Of a DNA stretch of 43,635 bases, positions 8,331 to 15,692 are shown piece by piece. The position numbers and the translations under genes were made by a program. Positions within the stretch are counted from its first letter, which is position 1. Every line of letters starts with the position of its first letter. This DNA comes from a virus (lineage: Duplodnaviria > Caudoviricetes): positions 1 through 43,635 of IMG/VR virus record IMGVR_UViG_3300010052_000146. One strand, given 5' to 3'. The notes beneath the pieces were generated by a model. That model made no database searches. It was not told the DNA's origin and saw only the letters and a list, made by a program, of their open reading frames with translations.

Positions 8331-8761
8331 CCGACGCCTCGCTAAAGCCCGTCACCTTGCGCATGGACGCCAGAGGCGTCAGCGACGCCGATCTGGCCGC
8401 ACTAGTCTCCGGCCTCGATGCGGTCGAGGCCGGACTTCGAGAGCTTCAAGTAGAGGCCTCGGAAGAGCAGCGCGGCGATGTCCAGCGCGAAGGCTTCCAC
8501 GTCCGCGCGCTCCTGGCCTGGCCGCCAATCAACCGCGATCTCCATCGCAACGGCGGTGTTCGGCGGGAGTCGCGCGTCAATCTTGACGATCGCCTCTCCC
8601 GGCGCACCGGGACGAGCGGTCGCGTCGATTTCCCAGGCGAGCATGTCTGGCAATCGGTCATTCGCCATCTGAGTTCCTTGTTGTGGTTTGGCGACCACAA
8701 GGAACCACGCCCCGCCGAGTCGCCCCAAACGCGGCCCGGCGGGGCGGAGGGTCGGCCATGA
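8327..8761 (+). CDS. Hypothetical protein, overlapped by an antisense gene
   Basis: ATGA-coupled at both ends. Confidence 0.4.
   Translation: MTDASLKPVTLRMDARGVSDADLAALVSGLDAVEAGLRELQVEASEEQRGDVQREGFHVRALLAWPPINRDLHRNGGVRRESRVNLDDRLSRRTGTSGRVDFPGEHVWQSVIRHLSSLLWFGDHKEPRPAESPQTRPGGAEGRP
8402..8668 (-). CDS. Small hypothetical protein nested antisense in the early-right operon
   Basis: AAGGAA SD before ATG at 8668; MANDRLPDMLAWEIDAT... is protein-like. Confidence 0.5.
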   Translation of the reverse strand: MANDRLPDMLAWEIDATARPGAPGEAIVKIDARLPPNTAVAMEIAVDWRPGQERADVEAFALDIAALLFRGLYLKLSKSGLDRIEAGD

Positions 8762-9108
8762 CCAGCCGTTCCCGCCGCCATCCGCCGAAGCCGACCGCGG
8801 CCGACCTGGCCAAGCTGAACCGGCTGGTGATCCGCGCCCTGAAGCTGGCGGAGAAGCCGCTGGACGAGGGCCGTCGCCTGTCGCTCCAGCGCAGCGCCGA
8901 CGTGGCGTTCCGCGCCTGCCTGCCGGTCGGCCACCAGCATCGCGCCAACCCGTTCCTGGCGGTGATCAACCTGGGCAAGACCTGGTTCCGGCTGTCCGAA
9001 GACGACCGGCGGGCGCGGGCCGACGCGCTGCGGACCTACGCCCAGGCGTGCGAGGCGGCCCTGGCCGAACCCGCCGCCGGCGGGCGCAGGGCCGACATCG
9101 ATGGCTAA
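8758..9108 (+). CDS. Hypothetical protein
   Basis: GGAGG SD; overlaps MTase start. Confidence 0.6.
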   Translation: MTSRSRRHPPKPTAADLAKLNRLVIRALKLAEKPLDEGRRLSLQRSADVAFRACLPVGHQHRANPFLAVINLGKTWFRLSEDDRRARADALRTYAQACEAALAEPAAGGRRADIDG

Positions 9109-9817
9109 GCGTCCGAACGCCTCCGCAGGGGGGGGCTTCATGCATAGGGTGCTGCTGGCGCATCGGGACACGTCGGCCGACGAGATCGACTTCTTCCCCA
9201 CGCCGATCTGGGCGGCCCGCGCGTGCGGCGAGCTGGTGCTGCAACTGGACCCTCAGGCGCGCACCTGCTGGGAACCGGCGTGCGGCGCGGGACACATGGC
9301 GTTCGGGCTCGGCGACTATTTCCGCCGGGTCTACGCCAGCGACGCCTATCCCTATGACGGCAACCGCATCTTCGATTTCCTGAGCGACGGCCAGCCGCCG
9401 TTCGAAGCCGACTGGATCATCAGCAACCCGCCGTTCGCGCGGCTCGCCGACTTCATCCGCTTGGCCTATGCCCGCGCGCGCCGCGGGGTCGCGCTGCTGT
9501 GCCGCGCGGCGGTTCTGGAGAGCGCGGGCCGCTATGCCCTGCACATGGAGGAATGCCCGCTGACGGTGTTCGCGCCGTTCAGCGAACGCGTGCCCATGCA
9601 TCGGGGCCGCTGGGAGCCGGAAGGGTCGAGCGCGGCCTTCTACGCCGTGTTCGTGTGGATCAAGCCGGCCCTGCGCCCGCGCCGGTTCATGGCGCGGGTC
9701 GGGGGCGTCTATCGGCCGGCGACGATGCTCATTGCGCCGGGCGCCGAAGAGCGGCTGACGCGTCCTGACGACGCGCGGCTGTTCGGCGCCCTGGACCGCG
9801 CGAGGACCGGGCGGTGA
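9101..9817 (+). CDS. Orphan DNA amino (N6-adenine) methyltransferase
   Basis: DFFPTP, WEPACGAGHM (SAM motif I), IISNPPF (motif IV). Confidence 0.88.
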   Translation: MAKRPNASAGGGFMHRVLLAHRDTSADEIDFFPTPIWAARACGELVLQLDPQARTCWEPACGAGHMAFGLGDYFRRVYASDAYPYDGNRIFDFLSDGQPPFEADWIISNPPFARLADFIRLAYARARRGVALLCRAAVLESAGRYALHMEECPLTVFAPFSERVPMHRGRWEPEGSSAAFYAVFVWIKPALRPRRFMARVGGVYRPATMLIAPGAEERLTRPDDARLFGALDRARTGR

Positions 9818-9822
9818 TGACG

Positions 9823-10467
9823 CTAGTCTTCGATGCGCAGTTTTCGCTTGGGCGGAACGATCCTGCTGCCGGCCACGGACGCAGCGATGTCCCCCTGCCG
9901 TCCGATGTTCGTATGATGGGCGGAAAAGCCCGCAAGCAAGTTGTTCACTCCCCGGTAGAAGTCGGATCGGTCATCAAGGTCGCCGCCTGGGGCCGACAGC
10001 GCCGACAAGACGCGGTACACGGCATCAACTTCCTTGTCCGCAACGGACTCGCTAGCCGCCTCCAGATATCGACGGGCGGCCACGTTGAAGAAGCCGGAGC
10101 GGTTTATTCCCTCCCTTTCCGCATGGCGGTCGATCCGCTCAAGCAGGCTTCGCTGCAGGTAGACATTGACGCGTTCCGCCGCGTCGGGGGCCTCGACGGT
10201 CACCAACGCCCAAACCGCGCGCGGCGGAAGTTGACCCTCCATCCGCTCCATCAGGTCCAGGACAGGAGTCGGTTCGGGAAAGGACTCGCCGTCCTCGGCC
10301 ATGCCCTCAAGGTGCAGGGACAGCGCCTCTTCGGCCCTGGCCAGGGCCTCTTCGCCCGTGGCGCCAAACGAGACGCAGCCCGGGAGGTCGGGAAAGGTGA
10401 CTCCGAAACCGGGGTCACGCCTGTCGCCGTTGGGCTCCAGGACCACGGAGTAGGTGCGCTTAGCCAT
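9823..10467 (-). CDS. hicB: HicB antitoxin with RHH and C-terminal extension
   Basis: FGVTFPDLPGCVSFG...EEALARAEEAL; RVNVYLQRSLLERID...RSGFF RHH. Confidence 0.93.
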   Translation of the reverse strand: MAKRTYSVVLEPNGDRRDPGFGVTFPDLPGCVSFGATGEEALARAEEALSLHLEGMAEDGESFPEPTPVLDLMERMEGQLPPRAVWALVTVEAPDAAERVNVYLQRSLLERIDRHAEREGINRSGFFNVAARRYLEAASESVADKEVDAVYRVLSALSAPGGDLDDRSDFYRGVNNLLAGFSAHHTNIGRQGDIAASVAGSRIVPPKRKLRIED

Positions 10468-10497
10468 GGTGGGCCTCTGTCTGTGCGTGGTTGGGGG

Positions 10498-10686
10498 TCA
10501 CCGGAGGGTGACCCCGCTCTGAGTTTCTATCGACTTCAAGGTGCCTATCGGCATGTCCTTGACCGGGTGCGGGACCGTCACGCGGCCCGGCTTGGTCGGA
10601 TGCTTGAACTGCTTGTGCGAACCCTTGTGGGCCACTTCGCGCCAGCCGTCCGCCTCCAGGGCTTTGATGATGTCCGCGCTCTTCAT
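10498..10686 (-). CDS. hicA: HicA mRNA interferase toxin
   Basis: MKSADIIKALEADGW...KGSHKQFKHP...GRVTVPHP.KD.PIGTLKSI. Confidence 0.95.
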   Translation of the reverse strand: MKSADIIKALEADGWREVAHKGSHKQFKHPTKPGRVTVPHPVKDMPIGTLKSIETQSGVTLR

Positions 10687-10746
10687 GTGTGTGTTGTCGC
10701 ACACACAATCAAGCGGCGCAACATGTTTGTGTGTGAGTTCGCACAC
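10686..10746. promoter_or_regulatory. Two palindromic putative HicB operators
   Basis: TGTGTGTG-N6-CACACACA 10686-10707 and GTGTG-N6-CACAC 10731-10746. Confidence 0.65.
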
Positions 10747-10802
10747 TTCCTGACAGATTTGAGGAGGGGGTGCCGTCTCGCCCTCCCGTCAGGGGTGGCC
10801 GC

Positions 10803-11987
10803 ATGACCTCCCATACGAGCGCCGCTCGCATCTTCGATGAAGCCCGGCGGGCCGTGAGCGTCGAAGACCTGGCCACAAGGGCCGGGATCAAGCTGGTGCG
10901 CGCCGGGCGCGAGCGCCGTGGCCCCTGCCCGATCTGCGGCGCGGGGTCGAAGTCCGGTTCGCTGCCGTTCGCGGTCCGCGAGGGCGGTTTGAGCTTCCGC
11001 ACCTTCTGCGGCTGCAACCTGCGCGGCGATGTGGTGGACCTGGAGCAGGCCCTGGGTGGCGGAACCCTGGTCGAGGCGGCGCGGCGTCTGGTCGGGAACG
11101 AGTTCCGTAGTGCGCCCAGGCCGCAGCCGACCAGCGCCCCGGCGCAGACCGGCCCCAGCAATTCCGACCGGATCGCGATGGAGCTGTGGCAAGGGGCGAT
11201 CCCCATCGAGGGGACGCTGGTCGAGCGGTATCTGGCGGCGCGCGGGATCGCTCCGCAGATCATCGCGCGGGCCGCGCCCAATCTGCGGTTCCACGCCCTG
11301 GCGAAATGGGGCTGGGACGATTCGGCGCGAAGCTGGATCACCGCGCCGGCCATGCTGGTGCAGGTGCAGACGCCGGCCGGACCGACCGGAGGCGTCCACG
11401 CCACCTACCTGAACCGCTCTGGCCTCGGCAAAGCGGACCTGAAGCCGGCCAAGCGCATGTGGGGCCGTCAGGCCGACGCGGACGGCCGCCCCGGCGGCGC
11501 GTGGCTGATCGGGCCGGCGGGGGCGGGCGACCTGGTGACCGGCGAGGGGATTGAGAGCGTGCTGTCGGCCGCGACCCTGGCGCTGCGCGGCGGGCGGTTC
11601 ATGCGGGCGTGCGCGGCCCTGTCGCTGGACCGGCTGCAAGGCGGGCTGCTGCGTGACGATGAAGGATGCATCGACGTCGGCGCGCCCCAGCCCAATCCCG
11701 AGAGCCCGGCCTTTTCCTGGCCGCAGCCGCCCGGCTGGCCCTGGCGCGAGGTCCTGGTTGCGGTGGACCGCGACATGAGCCCGATCAAGCTTAAGGGCCG
11801 GACGGGACGGGGAAAGGTCTGCTGGTTCGAGTTCGGGCCTGCCGAGCGGGCGCAGCTATGCGGCCGGCTGGCGGTGGCCGCCTGGCGCGCCGCAGGCGCC
11901 CCGAAGGTGCGGGCGATCGCACCGCCCCCTGGTTTCGATTTCAACGACGAGCTGCGCCGGGTGCTGGCGCGGGAGAAGGACGCGTGA
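10803..11987 (+). CDS. Phage primase (CHC2-like zinc finger + Toprim)
   Basis: GPCPICG...FCGC.GDVVD; ERYLAARG; GVHATYL; VTGEGIES; VAVDRD; DFND. Confidence 0.85.
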   Translation: MTSHTSAARIFDEARRAVSVEDLATRAGIKLVRAGRERRGPCPICGAGSKSGSLPFAVREGGLSFRTFCGCNLRGDVVDLEQALGGGTLVEAARRLVGNEFRSAPRPQPTSAPAQTGPSNSDRIAMELWQGAIPIEGTLVERYLAARGIAPQIIARAAPNLRFHALAKWGWDDSARSWITAPAMLVQVQTPAGPTGGVHATYLNRSGLGKADLKPAKRMWGRQADADGRPGGAWLIGPAGAGDLVTGEGIESVLSAATLALRGGRFMRACAALSLDRLQGGLLRDDEGCIDVGAPQPNPESPAFSWPQPPGWPWREVLVAVDRDMSPIKLKGRTGRGKVCWFEFGPAERAQLCGRLAVAAWRAAGAPKVRAIAPPPGFDFNDELRRVLAREKDA

Positions 11988-13888
11988 GCGAGTTCGGCGA
12001 CTATGACGTGGTGGCTGACGACCGGTTCGAAGAGGATTCGGACGGCCCGGCCAAGGGCGTCCCGTTTCCCAATCCCGAGCTGAGCCAGTGCCCCATCGTG
12101 CCGCTGGGGTTCGAGGGCGGCCGGGTGGTGTTCGCCATGCCGGAGGGCGAGATCCGACGCGAGCTGGCGGCCAATGTCGGCAAGCTGCTGCGGACCGACA
12201 TTTTCGCCTGTGCGGAGGGCCAGACCTTCCTGACCTACTGGCGCGGCCAGGACGACAAGTTCCTGCGCGATCTGGCGACCATCTGGTTCGTGCGGAAGTG
12301 CCGTGAGGCCGGAAAATGGGACTCGAGCCGCCCCATGCGCTCGCTGGGCCTGTGGCTCGATGGCGACCGGATCGTCCTGCACCTGGGCGACCAGATTTGG
12401 CGGTTCGACGGCCCGCGCAAGCACGAGATGCTGAACGTCATCGCGGCTATCCGCGAGCGTGGGTCGGGGCCGCTGTACGAGCTGCGGCCCCCTGCCCCCC
12501 GGCCTGGAAAGAAGGGCGCGCCCGCCGATGAAGGGGCGTGGGTGCGCGAGACCCTGGACCTGTGGGAGTTCGAAGACCTGGGCGGCGGGTTGACCGGCGG
12601 CGATGTCGTGGCCGGTTGGCTGATGGCGGCGCTGCTGGGTGCCGTCGCGCCGTTCCGTGGCCATTTGCTGCTTAACGCCCTGGCCGGGAGCGGGAAGACC
12701 ACGCTCGTGCAGTTCGTCCACGGCCTGTTGTCGGCCCTGGCCGGCGACATCATCGATAGCTTTACCGAGGCGGGATTGCGCAACGACCTGGCCGGCAAGG
12801 CCCGGCCGGTGCTGCTGGACGAAACCGAGGGGCAGGACGGCATGGCCGGGCCTGGGCCGGTCGAGCGGGCGCTGGAGATGTTCCGGCGCATGGCGACCGG
12901 AAACGGCGGGAGCCGCCGCCAGGGCGATATCGGCGGCGGTTCGGTGACCCAGACCGCCGTCGGCGCGGTGCTCATGGCCGCGATCAATCCGCCCAAGCTG
13001 CTGCCGGCGGACGCCAGCCGAATTGTCGAAATCCGCATGTTGCCCATCAAGCCGGACAAGGGGACGACGCGGGCGCACCTGAAGGCCGCCATAGACAGGG
13101 CGCGGGCGCTGGGGCCGGCGCTGCTGACCCGGGCCATCAAGGGATCGTGGCGATATCGCGAGGACGTGGACGAGCTGACGGCCGCGATGGCGCGCACGGG
13201 GCTGGACCCCCGCACGGCCGATCTGGTCTCCATGCTGTCGGCCGGCCGTAGGCTGTTGCTGCACGACGACGCCCTGACCCCCGAAGAGGCGGACGAAGAG
13301 GTCCAGCGCTGGGCGCCGCTGCTGGCGCAGCGGGCGGCGGCCGACAGCGTGACCAATCCGGGGGCGGACGCCTTCGCCCATCTGCTGGCCGCCGACAGCG
13401 GGTTGCAGCTCAAGAGCGGCCGGCGCGAGACGCTGGGGGGCATGGTCCGCAGGGCGATCCGGCGCGATCACCTGGACACCGACATCCTGCCCAATCACGG
13501 GCTGAGGGTGACGTTCGACGCCGCGCCGGATGGGCGCAAGGGACCATGGCTGCTGGTCGCCAATAGCAGTCCGAAGTTGGAAGCGATCTTCCGACCGACC
13601 GTCTGGCGGGACTGGCGGCGGGCGCTCCAGAACCTCGATCACCTGGGACCGGACTACAAGACGTGGTCGCCCGCCAGCTCCCTGCGCTTCGGGCCGGGCG
13701 TGAAGCAGCGATGCCTCGCCATCCCCCTTACCCCCCTGTTCGAGGTGCAGATTCCCGCGCCAAACGGCAGGGCCGAACGGGATGAGAGGGGGCCGGAATC
13801 CGCGTCCGACATCCGGCGGCCGCGCCCCGTCCGTTCCGCTGCCGTTCCGCCTTCTGTTCCGGGTGAAGACCTTGATTGGCCTGACTAA
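11984..13888 (+). CDS. Replicative P-loop helicase/ATPase (primase partner)
   Basis: Walker A AGSGKTT, Walker B VLLDETE, ASR arginine finger; GTG start coupled to primase. Confidence 0.8.
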   Translation: MSEFGDYDVVADDRFEEDSDGPAKGVPFPNPELSQCPIVPLGFEGGRVVFAMPEGEIRRELAANVGKLLRTDIFACAEGQTFLTYWRGQDDKFLRDLATIWFVRKCREAGKWDSSRPMRSLGLWLDGDRIVLHLGDQIWRFDGPRKHEMLNVIAAIRERGSGPLYELRPPAPRPGKKGAPADEGAWVRETLDLWEFEDLGGGLTGGDVVAGWLMAALLGAVAPFRGHLLLNALAGSGKTTLVQFVHGLLSALAGDIIDSFTEAGLRNDLAGKARPVLLDETEGQDGMAGPGPVERALEMFRRMATGNGGSRRQGDIGGGSVTQTAVGAVLMAAINPPKLLPADASRIVEIRMLPIKPDKGTTRAHLKAAIDRARALGPALLTRAIKGSWRYREDVDELTAAMARTGLDPRTADLVSMLSAGRRLLLHDDALTPEEADEEVQRWAPLLAQRAAADSVTNPGADAFAHLLAADSGLQLKSGRRETLGGMVRRAIRRDHLDTDILPNHGLRVTFDAAPDGRKGPWLLVANSSPKLEAIFRPTVWRDWRRALQNLDHLGPDYKTWSPASSLRFGPGVKQRCLAIPLTPLFEVQIPAPNGRAERDERGPESASDIRRPRPVRSAAVPPSVPGEDLDWPD

Positions 13889-14061
13889 TTCGCCGGGCCG
13901 GAACGGTGGAACGCCCGGAACAACAGGGCGGCGTCCTGCGGGTAGGCGCAGGCGCAGGCGAGGACTGCTGTGCGTTCCGCCTGTTCCGGCTGTTCCACCC
14001 TCTTCTTTCTTCAAGTCTTTCAAGAAAATAGATCGGAACGGGGGTTGGAACGCCCCGGAAC
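13833..14061. repeat. Iteron array, putative replication origin
   Basis: 12 GGAAC/GTTCC pentamers in four triplets of alternating orientation, with an AT-rich tract at 14001-14031. Confidence 0.7.
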
Positions 14062-14091
14062 GGTCGCTTTCCGCCCTCCATGGAGCTGATC

Positions 14092-14856
14092 GTGGCTAAG
14101 CCCGCCGCCCTCTCGAACCGTCAGCGCCGCAAGGTGGCGAAGGCCAAGCCCGCCAAGCCGCGCTTGATCGCCGCCGCCATGGTCCCGACGACGCCGGACG
14201 AGCCCAAGGGCCTCGCCGCCCGGGTTCGGGCCGTCGAAGAGCTGGCCGAACGTGAGCGCCAGCGGGTCGGCGTGGACCTGGCCCTGGCCGTCGCCTTGGG
14301 CAACATCACGCCGGGCATGGCCGCAGAGGACTTCGGCATCTCGCCCGACCTGGGCAACGAGGTCATCGTGACGGATCGCGGCGTCGCCGGCCGCTGCACC
14401 CTGACTGTCCGTGGCCGTGATGGCCTGGAGGCCCTGCACCGGACCGGCGCGTTGACCGACGTGCAGGCCAAGGCCGGGCTGGCCTATCGCTACTGTTTCG
14501 AGAACCTGCCGCAGGGTCTGGGCTCGTCGCTGGGCAGCGTCGATGAAGGCCGGGTGACGCGGGACTGGACGCGCCTGGACCTGGGCTTCAACCACGAGGG
14601 CAAGCTGATCCACACGCTGTCGTCCTTCGGCCTGCATCGGGCCTATGTGTCGGTCCGCCTTGAGCAGATCGAACGTGCGGTGATCGCCGCGTCGGTGGAT
14701 GGCCGGGAGCTGGCCGCGCTGCGGGCGATCGCCGGGGCCGGCGAAAGCGTCCGTGATCTGGCCGGATCGGGCGGCCACGCCAAGGCCGCGTACCGCCGCG
14801 CCCTGGCCCGGGCTCTCCAGGTCGCAGCAGAGGTCTTGCGAATCGCGGCCCAGTGA
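14092..14856 (+). CDS. Putative late transcription regulator (Q-like position, C-terminal HTH)
   Basis: RDGLEALHRTGALTDVQAKAG.AYR motif; C-terminal HTH-like segment; last gene before terminator and cos; GGAG SD before GTG 14092. Confidence 0.6.
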   Translation: MAKPAALSNRQRRKVAKAKPAKPRLIAAAMVPTTPDEPKGLAARVRAVEELAERERQRVGVDLALAVALGNITPGMAAEDFGISPDLGNEVIVTDRGVAGRCTLTVRGRDGLEALHRTGALTDVQAKAGLAYRYCFENLPQGLGSSLGSVDEGRVTRDWTRLDLGFNHEGKLIHTLSSFGLHRAYVSVRLEQIERAVIAASVDGRELAALRAIAGAGESVRDLAGSGGHAKAAYRRALARALQVAAEVLRIAAQ

Positions 14857-14889
14857 GTTCACAACAAGCACATCGCTGAACTTGCGTCC

Positions 14890-14926
14890 GAAGCCCGCCC
14901 GGTCACCCGCCGAGGCGGGCTTTTCC
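14890..14926 (+). terminator. Intrinsic terminator before packaging genes
   Basis: AAGCCCGCC...GGCGGGCTTTT. Confidence 0.7.
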
Positions 14927-14953
14927 TTGCCCCGCAAGGGGGTCGAGGTTCGC

Positions 14954-15000
14954 GGGTCCTCCCCCGGGGGGCCGCCCCCTATGCGGTGGGGCTGAGCGCG
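14954..15000 (+). other. cos: Lambda-like cos site (cosQ + cosN)
   Basis: cosQ GGGTCCT at 14954-14960, then 23 nt ending TATG and a G-rich 12-13 nt segment ending CGCG, as in lambda; just upstream of the small terminase. Confidence 0.7.
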
Positions 15001-15047
15001 ATGGTTCGTTAGTTCGACCTCCGAATTCAATTTGAACACGGTGAACC

Positions 15048-15692
15048 ATGGCCCTGCTGATGAGCCAGACGGAGTTCGCCGCCCGCCATGGGGTCGGCAA
15101 ACCGGCCGTCTCCAACTGGAAACGTAAGAACCTGCTGGTCTTCGCCCCCGATCCTGAACGGCCGGGCAAGCTGCTGGTGGACGCCGAGAAGTCGGACATC
15201 CTGGTCCGCGGGTCGATCGACCCCACTCGTGGCCGGCCTCGGTCCGCGGATGGGGCGGGGAGCGCCGAAAGCGAGGGGTCCGGGGACGAGGTCCGCCCCG
15301 CTGTCCGGGCTCCAGCACTTGGCGCGCTGGAGCAGGCCCGCCTGGACGAGATGGTGCAGCGGACCCGGGGCCGGCGCATCGAGAACGATGCGCGCCTGGG
15401 GAACCTGGTCCCCATCAGCGAGTACGAACGCCGGGCCGGCGACCTGGGCCGCATGGTGCGGGAAGGCGTCCATGCGGTCTTGCGTCAGCAGGCGGAGCGG
15501 GTCGCAGCGGAGACGGACCCGCGGACGATCACGGCCGTCCTCGGCGAGGCCTTCGACCAGTTGTTCACCCGCGTGGCGAACGAAGTCGACGCACAGGCGA
15601 CGCTGGAGCGAGAGGTTGACCAGGTCCTCGCCAAGGTGACCGCCGAGGAAGTGGACAGCGAAGACGACGAGGAAGGCGCGGGAGAGGAATGA
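15048..15692 (+). CDS. Terminase small subunit (Nu1-like)
   Basis: N-terminal wHTH SQTEFAARHGVGKPAVSNW; coiled region with GNLVP; precedes GpA. Confidence 0.8.
   Translation: MALLMSQTEFAARHGVGKPAVSNWKRKNLLVFAPDPERPGKLLVDAEKSDILVRGSIDPTRGRPRSADGAGSAESEGSGDEVRPAVRAPALGALEQARLDEMVQRTRGRRIENDARLGNLVPISEYERRAGDLGRMVREGVHAVLRQQAERVAAETDPRTITAVLGEAFDQLFTRVANEVDAQATLEREVDQVLAKVTAEEVDSEDDEEGAGEE

Noticed and set aside
9814-10806. 330-aa + strand ORF spanning hicAB, coupled to MTase and primase
   Set aside because: Antisense shadow of clear hicA/hicB genes with no protein motifs; the coupled ends may be an insertion scar but coding is unsupported
13833-13847. GTTC-N7-GTTC matching the alphaproteobacterial LexA box
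   Set aside because: Part of the iteron array inside the helicase CDS; other spacings vary from 8 to 12 nt, so the match is likely incidental
11468-14023. Long antisense ORFs (also 15485-17260, 19523-21514, 25766-28399, 30060-32270, 33322-35181)
   Set aside because: Typical stop-poor shadow frames of high-GC genes
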